This document shows, one piece after another, positions 53,521-61,296 of a DNA stretch of 64,000 bases. The DNA is from Candidatus Latescibacterota bacterium (GTDB taxonomy: Bacteria > Latescibacterota > CBDEFO01). The notes beneath the pieces were generated by a model that worked only from the letters and a program-made list of their open reading frames with translations, was not told the DNA's origin and searched no databases. The DNA lies in the NCBI GenBank assembly GCA_965248755.1, contig OZ252149.1, positions 192,001-256,000 on the forward strand, read 5' to 3'. Numbering within the stretch: the stretch's first letter is position 1; each line of letters begins with the position of its first letter. The position numbers and the translations under genes were made by a program.

Positions 53521-54342
53521 ATGCACTTTACGGAGAAACAAATCGAGTTCTATCGAATCAACGGTTACTTGGCCGGGCCTCGGGTAATATCAGACGAGGA
53601 GATCAGCACACTTAAGGAGCGTATCGACCTTATCCTTGAGGGTCGCGTCGCGTTTCCCAGCCACCTGATGGGAGAAACGGTAGATAAGTCTAAACAAAAG
53701 GGGCAATTGCCGTCAGTAAAACTTGTCAATTTGTTTCGCCACGATCCTGTCTTCGCCAATGTTTGGAATAACAAAGCGATCAGTTCACTCTCCCACGATC
53801 TGATGGTCGAGCCCGTACGGGTGTGGGAGGACCAGATGATCTACAAGCCACCCTTCGACCGCAAGGCCGCGCTCGCATGGCATCAGGATTACACTTACTG
53901 GGACAACGTTGGACCCGCCGAATTAGGAACCTGCTGGATCGCCCTGGACGATGCAACAGTTGAGAACGGTTGTATGTACGTTATCCCCAAAAGCCATCGC
54001 TGGGAACTCAGTTACACGCGTGACGAAGTCGACGTCGGTGATCCAGAGTGGTTGCTCAAACGACCAGGGATTCCCCCCGAGGCGGACCCCACACCCGTGC
54101 CATGCGAGGTCCCGGCCGGCCATTGCCACTTCCACCACTGTCTGACCTTCCACGGCTCATATGGCAACAAGACGGATAACGCGCGCCGCAGCTACATCCT
54201 GCACCTGATGCCGGGAAACACGCGCAGGCTCGGCGATAACTGGAACCCTCGAATGGAGAGTGTCGAAGACGTCCCGATCGGCGCAATCGTCAAAGGCCCC
54301 AACTACCCTGAATTACCCACGCCACTGGAGGATCAGGGTTAA
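53521..54342 (+). CDS. Phytanoyl-CoA dioxygenase family protein
   Basis: WHQDY, WIALDDATVENGC and HH..TFHGS.GN...RR motifs. Confidence 0.92.
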   Translation: MHFTEKQIEFYRINGYLAGPRVISDEEISTLKERIDLILEGRVAFPSHLMGETVDKSKQKGQLPSVKLVNLFRHDPVFANVWNNKAISSLSHDLMVEPVRVWEDQMIYKPPFDRKAALAWHQDYTYWDNVGPAELGTCWIALDDATVENGCMYVIPKSHRWELSYTRDEVDVGDPEWLLKRPGIPPEADPTPVPCEVPAGHCHFHHCLTFHGSYGNKTDNARRSYILHLMPGNTRRLGDNWNPRMESVEDVPIGAIVKGPNYPELPTPLEDQG

Positions 54343-54998
54343 GCCCCAAGGCGATATTCCATGGCGTTTGGTCCTGGAATTAAGATGAAAAGGAGAAGTT
54401 TCCGGACAGGGCGCCTGCCTTGTAAAGCCTTTCACGAGAAGATATCTCTACGATATACCCACAGGCTCGTTCAAGCCGTTGGTCCAGGCCAGGAACAGTT
54501 TAATTGTCCCGTATATTGCCTTTGATTTCAGGCCAGATTACTGCTAACCTGAGTCTCCAAAAAGTATCCAAGAACTCTTCGAAGGAAGAGGAATTTCCTG
54601 ATTGCCAGAAGCAATGCTTTCGTGTATCATAGAGTGTATCTTCGCCCCTGCGGATACATGTGTCATATCAACAAAAGCTTCCAGGACCACGCTATCAGCC
54701 AAAACCTTGCCCTTTGTGGGACCCGAAGTATCTTGACCATTGCAATCCTATCCGAGGACACTATTTCAACCATAAGATCGAACCTTCAGGGGTCTCAAAA
54801 GATATAGACAAAGGCTATCGTCGATTTTTCAATTTCGCATATCATATCGTACGAATATCCGATTTCTGTTCACATTTCGGACTGGTGCTCCTCAGTATAT
54901 CAGACAGGAAACGCCCGCACTCATTCGAGGCAAGTGGAACTAGCTCAAATTCCTTGGCCCCATACTTTAGTCCTCTGAAGCACCTGATCACTTGTTTC

Positions 54999-55898
54999 TT
55001 ATTCGGACAAGGTTGACTTGACGCGACCGAGCGTGTCACACTCCACTGCTGTCCCGGCGGGCACCCAGATACTCGGATCAAAGGCGGCCAGGATATAGTC
55101 GACGAAGTTGTCGGCATGTCTGTCCAATCTTGTGGCCCCGCTGTTCGTCCAGAAACCGTTGTAGCCATCAACTTCGCTCTTATCAGTGTCTATAACGGCA
55201 AAGCCTACTCCGATGATAGCGCCCTCCTCATAGGTATGTATTATGCTATCATCAACACTTCTAAAATCTATATCATCAAATCCCATGAAGTATGTCTCAA
55301 CATTCAATGTGCCCGGTCCGCCCATTTCACCCTCAAAGGTCCAGCTTATGTGGGCATAAGGAGGTAAGCCCGGCCACGAGGCCGCTCCCCAAAACCAGAT
55401 GGGATCCTTTCTCTTCAGAAAATAGTGGTAATTCTGAGCCTGAGATGAGTTGTTCCTGTCCGGGTCCAGATCGAGATCTTGCATGACCTGGTACTGTCCT
55501 CCGCTGTGGTCAGCATCGATGACCCACTCGAGCATCTCGTAAATGGTTTCTGATGTAAAGTAAAGAGAAACATCGTCGTACCTATCCTCCATCGTGTATA
55601 TCAGGTTGGTCACCGGACTCCATCCTACGATTATCCTTTCGGCAAGGCTGGAGGAGTCCGGATCCCCGAGGCCCCGCACGGTCTCTATCAGATCGTTATG
55701 CGTCACCCAGAGCGAATCAGGAACGTTAGCCCACTCGCTGAGGTCACCGTCTATCTTAATGTTCTGGAACTCACTGGTATTGATAGGTACCTGGACAGCT
55801 ACGAAGGTCCTATCCATCCGCAGATGCGGAAAACCCGTCCCGACTGTAAAAAGCACAAATCCCAGAATGGTAGATACCGAAAATATGTTTTTCATCAT
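54999..55898 (-). CDS. Secreted CBM9/DOMON-like protein, paralog of 43237..44106, tail TAVECDTLGRVK
   Basis: Signal peptide MMKNIF.. followed by HLR. Collinear similarity (IDGDLSEW, GWSPVTNLIY, DADHSGG). Confidence 0.75.
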   Translation of the reverse strand: MMKNIFSVSTILGFVLFTVGTGFPHLRMDRTFVAVQVPINTSEFQNIKIDGDLSEWANVPDSLWVTHNDLIETVRGLGDPDSSSLAERIIVGWSPVTNLIYTMEDRYDDVSLYFTSETIYEMLEWVIDADHSGGQYQVMQDLDLDPDRNNSSQAQNYHYFLKRKDPIWFWGAASWPGLPPYAHISWTFEGEMGGPGTLNVETYFMGFDDIDFRSVDDSIIHTYEEGAIIGVGFAVIDTDKSEVDGYNGFWTNSGATRLDRHADNFVDYILAAFDPSIWVPAGTAVECDTLGRVKSTLSE

Positions 55899-56178
55899 AA
55901 TTCCTTCTCGTATAATTTGTTTTGCTGACTTTTCTATGTTGTTATTTACTTTTAAGAGAGATCTCGTATCATACCTTATGGAAGGGCATAGAAGGAAGAA
56001 TCTAGCACCTCCTGGTGTCCCAACTAATTGGAGCTTCTGTGCAAAGTATGTTTTCCTTAAGGTTAGACCCACAGGATTCTGAGGAACAAGGGGTACCTAA
56101 ATGGACTCAACCATGGCCGCTAGCACCTTCAAGAAGAGAAGACTCCTTCGAACTGTACCTGTAAGGATCGTCTTAATC

Positions 56179-56201
56179 CCCCCGATTGAATCTATTGGGG
56201 G
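56179..56201. repeat. REP-like palindrome
   Basis: CCCCCGATTGAATCTATTGGGGG. Confidence 0.8.
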
Positions 56202-56222
56202 TTAGCTTTCCTTTCTAACCTC

Positions 56223-57467
56223 TTATATCTCATGCTGTCTTTCCTGCAATTCCTTTCTGAACGTCATAACCTTCTTTTCTACCTTATCGGGAATCTGAAT
56301 AGCAGCATAAGGATACACAGCCACATCCACTTCGCTATTCCCATATCTTTCGTACAGATCGTCCAGCAACTTATGCCACGAACTATAAAAAGCGCACTCT
56401 GGATAGACCCTGAACGCCTCGGCTGGACCTATTATCGGCGAATAGAGGATAAACTCCGCCTCATCTATATGTTTGCCCACCTTCGTAGTCGCAACTCCGG
56501 GTCTTAACAGACTGTGATAGCCGACTCCGTCTGGACATCCACCGATCAATATCCTGGTCCCGCCCTCCTTGGCATAGTGGATGGGCCAACTTCCCTTGGC
56601 TACAAATATCAGTTGATAATCCATCGGGTAAGTATTCGCGATTACAATGTCGGCATCCTCTGGAAGGGGCACGGCGCACGCACGACTTGCAAACTTCACG
56701 CCCTCCCTGTGAGCCTTGATGAAATCCCCCACAAAGAGGCCTATTATCTCCTTCCTCTTGTTCAAAACCACATTGGCGATTGCATCTAATCCCACTCTTC
56801 CTGCGGCCTCCTCCATATCCATCCTCCACTCATTCTCCAGATCCCCGGCAAGACCTCCCGCCTTCAGGTTCATATGATTATGTCCACAGCTATCCCTCCC
56901 CGCGATCCCTGCCAGTACGATCTTAGCCCCTCCTCCCCAGGCTGACCCTCCATGCGGATATATCCCTCCAAGGCCGATCTTCAGATCGCACTCCATCGCA
57001 TACTTATTAACATAGAGCGGAGTTCCTCTCGAAAGTTTTCCCAAAAACTCTAAATCGTTCAGAGCGTCGTGACATATCGCCTCGATCCTCCCCATGATTC
57101 CCGCACCCAGCTTCTTTTCCATCTCCGACCGCGTCATATGTCTGTGACATCCGTAAGCCATTATGATAAGGATGTTACCTTCATCGATCCCTCCCTCCTT
57201 CAACTCCTCCAGGATATAGGGAAGCACCTTATAAGATGGAGTAGGGCGGCTCAGATCGTCCGTCAAGATGCAGACTTTCTTCTTTCCTTTTGCAAGTTCC
57301 CTTATAGGCAAAGTTCCGATAGACTTCTCAAACCTTTCCCTTAACTGATCATCTGTCAATACCGGACATTCCTTAGACTCCAGCACCTTGACACTCCAAT
57401 TCGACGGCATCTCCAGGTCCATGTCCCTGTCCTCCCACGAACACATAGGAAGAGTTATTCTATCCAT
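56223..57467 (-). CDS. LarA-family nickel-pincer racemase/epimerase
   Basis: DDLSRPTP, GCHR, PH....GGGAK and GHNH motifs. Confidence 0.88.
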   Translation of the reverse strand: MDRITLPMCSWEDRDMDLEMPSNWSVKVLESKECPVLTDDQLRERFEKSIGTLPIRELAKGKKKVCILTDDLSRPTPSYKVLPYILEELKEGGIDEGNILIIMAYGCHRHMTRSEMEKKLGAGIMGRIEAICHDALNDLEFLGKLSRGTPLYVNKYAMECDLKIGLGGIYPHGGSAWGGGAKIVLAGIAGRDSCGHNHMNLKAGGLAGDLENEWRMDMEEAAGRVGLDAIANVVLNKRKEIIGLFVGDFIKAHREGVKFASRACAVPLPEDADIVIANTYPMDYQLIFVAKGSWPIHYAKEGGTRILIGGCPDGVGYHSLLRPGVATTKVGKHIDEAEFILYSPIIGPAEAFRVYPECAFYSSWHKLLDDLYERYGNSEVDVAVYPYAAIQIPDKVEKKVMTFRKELQERQHEI

Positions 57468-57611
57468 GAGCTTATATCCCCATTATGTTAAGAGATTAGA
57501 CCTACTCCTTTCTCACATCTGACCACTGACCTCTACAGCGTCGGCTCCTTAAAGACCTACTGTTTAAATGAAGTTGACAACGTGCAGGAATAGGGAGAGG
57601 CAAAGGAAGAT

Positions 57612-57826
57612 TACTTCGCTGACCGCTTTGCTTCGTTCTGGGCCAAAGGTTCTGGGCTTAGGCTGGCAAGGACATTGCCTGTCTTGGCCTCCACTAATTG
57701 GGAGGTGCCAAACCGGACCCCGTCAGGAATTGCGACCCCGGGGGAGACGCGAAGCGGAACCAATCCCCGATTGAATCTATCGGGGCCAAGGGATGAGAAA
57801 CTGCGTCCCGTCCACTGTGCAGTGAA
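57612..57826 (+). ncRNA. Unassigned structured RNA candidate containing a REP copy
   Basis: 57623-57642 pairs with 57737-57756 (with G-U pairs on the + strand), enclosing further hairpins. No family recognised. Confidence 0.35.
57764..57784. repeat. REP-like palindrome
   Basis: CCCCGATTGAATCTATCGGGG, flanked by CCAA on both sides. Confidence 0.85.
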
Positions 57827-57835
57827 TACTATCTA

Positions 57836-58228
57836 CTATTCCGGAAGAGGCGTTCTTCTCCACACTATCTGAAGTCTGTTACCCTCAGGGTCGTTTCCAA
57901 AGGAGACCTTTACATCTCCATCAAAAAGCGTCAACGCGTCCTCCATCTCGACTCCCTCGGACTTCAATCTCTCAATCTCCCGGTCAAAATCGTCCACCCA
58001 GAAAGACAAATGTCTGACATTCTTATCGACCAAATCGGGGATTCTGTAATCCCCTAGGCCCGCAGGTATGATCTCAACCGCACTTCCCTTTTCACCTTTG
58101 ACGAAATAGATGGGGTTTTCTCCCCCTCCCTCGTACACAACTCTCAACCCGAAACGGTCACAGTACCACTCGGTCAGAGCCTTCGTATCCTTTGCAGGAA
58201 TAGCCGTGTGTTCAAGATACGTCCCCAT
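57836..58228 (-). CDS. VOC (glyoxalase) family protein
   Basis: EHTAI, VEII, RHLSFWVDD and DPEGNRLQI motifs. Confidence 0.9.
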   Translation of the reverse strand: MGTYLEHTAIPAKDTKALTEWYCDRFGLRVVYEGGGENPIYFVKGEKGSAVEIIPAGLGDYRIPDLVDKNVRHLSFWVDDFDREIERLKSEGVEMEDALTLFDGDVKVSFGNDPEGNRLQIVWRRTPLPE

Positions 58229-58258
58229 GGAATCCTCCTTTAGGTTTTCGACTACAGA

Positions 58259-59179
58259 TTATGGAGCCACACCTTCTTCATCCACAATCCGTATTTCCAA
58301 TTCCAACCTGACGCCACAAAGGTCCATTACCTTCTCTCTTACTATGTCTATCAGCGTCAACACGTTATCTGAAGTTGCACTGCCCTGGTTGATAATAAAA
58401 TTTCCGTGCACATCCGACACACAGGCATCGCCCACTCTCAAGCCTTTACAGCCCGCCTTATCTATTAACATCCCTGCGGATTTTTCGCCATAGTTCTTGA
58501 ATATACACCCCGCGCTCCTGTCCGAAAGGGGCTGAGATCTCTTCCTGTAATCCAGCATCTCGTCCATCCTCTCCCTTATCTGCTCAGTGTCCCCTCTATC
58601 CAACTTGAACGTCGCCCCTGTTATCACTATGTCTATTGGAAAATCTGCGCTCCTGTATTCAAACCTTATGTCCTCCTTCTTCAACACAGTAGACTCTAGA
58701 GAGTTCATATCTATTCCCACAACCTCGATCAACCTGTCAGAAATGCTCTTGTCAAACGCCCCGGCGTTCCCCCTTACAGCTCCTCCCACAGTCCCTGGAA
58801 TATCCCACACAAACTCCAGCCCTGACAGTCCTGCATCAGCGCATTTTCCCGCAAATCGGGACAGATTGCCTCCCGCTCCAGCTTTAGCCATGGATTCGTC
58901 AAAGGACACATCGGGGGCAGATCTTCTCATGTTAATAATCAGACCTCTAAACCCGCTCTCTGCAAATAGCAGATTCGTTCCACCTCCTAAGGTCATAACC
59001 CGAACCCCTTCATCCCTTGCAAGGGTCAAGGCCCCCACAATATCCTCCACGCGGGCCGGATAGAGCATAAAGTCCGCGGGTCCACCGATCCGCAAAGACG
59101 TATGACTCGAAAGCATCTCATCCCTACGTACCTCCCCTCTGTACCTTTCCCGTAATTCTCTTCCGACATCAATTGTCAT
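58259..59179 (-). CDS. murB: UDP-N-acetylenolpyruvoylglucosamine reductase
   Basis: RIGGPA, GGGTN, IPGTVGGAVRGNAGA, SAGCIFKN and HGNFIIN motifs. Confidence 0.95.
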   Translation of the reverse strand: MTIDVGRELRERYRGEVRRDEMLSSHTSLRIGGPADFMLYPARVEDIVGALTLARDEGVRVMTLGGGTNLLFAESGFRGLIINMRRSAPDVSFDESMAKAGAGGNLSRFAGKCADAGLSGLEFVWDIPGTVGGAVRGNAGAFDKSISDRLIEVVGIDMNSLESTVLKKEDIRFEYRSADFPIDIVITGATFKLDRGDTEQIRERMDEMLDYRKRSQPLSDRSAGCIFKNYGEKSAGMLIDKAGCKGLRVGDACVSDVHGNFIINQGSATSDNVLTLIDIVREKVMDLCGVRLELEIRIVDEEGVAP

Positions 59180-59227
59180 CTTCTACATATCACCAAATGT
59201 AGGGGTGGGATAACAGCACCCTCTCTG

Positions 59228-60202
59228 TTACTCTACATATTCAATTTCTCCTGCTAAAAAGTGCTGCTGCAATCCCTTATCCCCTTCCACAATCAGCGCG
59301 CCGTCCACGTCCACGGCGACAGCTACGCCTTCTATAATCCTATCACCTTCACTTATTCTGATTCTCCTGCTCAAAGTATCTGAGAACCCTCTCCATCTTT
59401 CCAAAATCCTCTCGCCATACTCTAAATCATGGCATTCCCTTTCCATCTCCGTCAATATCCTCCCAGCTAATTCCGCCCTTTTGTATGACCGGCCCGATTC
59501 AATAAAAAGTGAGGTGGCTTTACCCTTGAGATAATCCGGGAAATCATCTGTTTTATGATTCACGTTGAGACCTATTCCAACCACAGCGAAATCGAGCCTT
59601 TCGCCGTCCAGCCTAGTCTCCGTCAAGATCCCTGCTACCTTTCTGCCATTTGTTAAAACGTCATTTGGCCACTTCAACTTAGCAGAAAGCCCTGAAATTT
59701 CTCGCACCGCACATGCTACGGCGATGCCTGATAGCATCGTAATTCTCATAATCTTTGCCGCCTTAATCTTCGGCCTTAAAATCAACGACATCCATATTCC
59801 CAAGTTGCTGGGCGAATGCCATTCTCTTCCGAGACGCCCTCTTCCTGCGGCCTGCCGTTCCGCCACTACTAACGTCCCTTCCTCTGCACCCTCTCTTCCT
59901 AATCTCAAAGCCACATCATTTGTAGAGCCAATCTCATTATACGAATAGATCGTCCTACCTAATCTATTAGTAGACAGACTATTAGCTATCTCAACGTTAG
60001 ATAAAATATCAGGTGCAGAAAGGAGTCTGTATCCTAAAATTGGGTGTATCTCAATATTATATCCCGCGCAAAGGAGACGACCTATTTCCTCCTGCACATC
60101 CACGGTCTTTGCCTTAATTTCCGCGGACAACTCGCCACCGGATAGATGCTCCCCCCTCCTTTCACGCAGAACCTGAAGTATGTCCCTGCTTATGCTATCC
60201 AC
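59228..60202 (-). CDS. birA: Bifunctional biotin ligase/repressor
   Basis: N-terminal HTH, STND, QAAGRGRLGR and KWPND..KVAGIL motifs. Confidence 0.95.
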   Translation of the reverse strand: MDSISRDILQVLRERRGEHLSGGELSAEIKAKTVDVQEEIGRLLCAGYNIEIHPILGYRLLSAPDILSNVEIANSLSTNRLGRTIYSYNEIGSTNDVALRLGREGAEEGTLVVAERQAAGRGRLGREWHSPSNLGIWMSLILRPKIKAAKIMRITMLSGIAVACAVREISGLSAKLKWPNDVLTNGRKVAGILTETRLDGERLDFAVVGIGLNVNHKTDDFPDYLKGKATSLFIESGRSYKRAELAGRILTEMERECHDLEYGERILERWRGFSDTLSRRIRISEGDRIIEGVAVAVDVDGALIVEGDKGLQQHFLAGEIEYVE

Positions 60203-60384
60203 TGCACTCCCTGCAATTTACACAAGTAGACGATAAAAGGGGAACCTTCCCCCTTCGTCTACTGTCTAAGAGATTTCCTTAGTCGGGCTGCAACGACGGT
60301 TCATTTGTCCCGTTCAGTTTCTTGGCTTTGCCCCTCAGTCATCCGACAGGCGAACCTCCCGATGCAATCTCACCTGTCTCTTGA

Positions 60385-61278
60385 CTAGTATCTGCTACTA
60401 TTGAACTGAAGACTCATGTCCAGCGCACTTACAGAATGTGTCAGAGCCCCAACAGATATAAAATCGACTCCCACAGAAGCCATCTTTCTCACGTTCTCCA
60501 CGGTCACATCCCCCGAAGCCTCGATCTGCACCTTTCCCTTCGACCTCTGGCGCCATTCGTTTACAATCCTGACGGCCTCTTTTGTCTCAACTATTCCCAT
60601 ATTATCCAACATAACCCTGTCGGGGCACGCAGAAAGCGCCTCTCTAAGCTGGGCGATATTCTTAACTTCAACCTCCACCTTCAAATCCTTACCCCGATCC
60701 CTCATATGCCTCCTTGCTCCATCCACAGCCGCCGCTATTCCACCGGCTGCCTCAATATGATTATCCTTGATCAGAATCATATCGTACAGCCCAAGCCTGT
60801 GGTTACTCCCTCCGCCCACACGGACAGAGTATTTATCCAGGACCCTCAACCCCGGTGCAGTCTTTCTCGTATCGAGTATCACAGCCCCTGTTCCTTTAAC
60901 TGCATCCACATATCTTTTTGTTGCAGAAGCAATTCCAGACATCCTTTGAATGAAATTCAGAGCCGTTCTCTCCCCTGTCAGAATCCCCCTTGCACTACCT
61001 TTCACATCAGCGACAACATCCCCTGTGCTAATAAGATCTCCATCTTCAAAGTAGTCTATGAAATCTATCTCCTCATCTATCCTCAAGAAAACTAACCGGG
61101 CTACATTCATCCCGGCTAGGACACCTTCTTCCTTTGAAACAATACGGCATTCAAATTTAGCATCCTCTGCAACACACCAAAGGGTTGTGAAGTCCCCTGA
61201 ACCTACATCCTCCTCCAACGCCGATTCCACTATCCTTTCGGCATACTCCCAATCGAACCCCTGAATATCCCTGCTCAA
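60385..61278 (-). CDS. nadC: Nicotinate-nucleotide diphosphorylase (carboxylating)
   Basis: ERTALN, DTRKT, NHR.GL, IKDNH, MLDN and EASG motifs. Confidence 0.96.
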   Translation of the reverse strand: MSRDIQGFDWEYAERIVESALEEDVGSGDFTTLWCVAEDAKFECRIVSKEEGVLAGMNVARLVFLRIDEEIDFIDYFEDGDLISTGDVVADVKGSARGILTGERTALNFIQRMSGIASATKRYVDAVKGTGAVILDTRKTAPGLRVLDKYSVRVGGGSNHRLGLYDMILIKDNHIEAAGGIAAAVDGARRHMRDRGKDLKVEVEVKNIAQLREALSACPDRVMLDNMGIVETKEAVRIVNEWRQRSKGKVQIEASGDVTVENVRKMASVGVDFISVGALTHSVSALDMSLQFNSSRY

Positions 61279-61296
61279 GGTGAATGCTCCTTTTAG

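Noticed and set aside
54400..54980. Possible degraded ABC transporter genes on the minus strand (DRIAM..HKGKVLADSGP)
   Set aside because: Similarity too short and interrupted to support a call without a search.
57785..57826. CCCGTCCACTGTG resembling a cobalamin riboswitch; CCCGTCAG upstream resembling c-di-AMP
   Set aside because: The other conserved blocks (B12 box; GGGGAACC/GGGGTGAATC) are absent or out of order. Left as an unassigned RNA.
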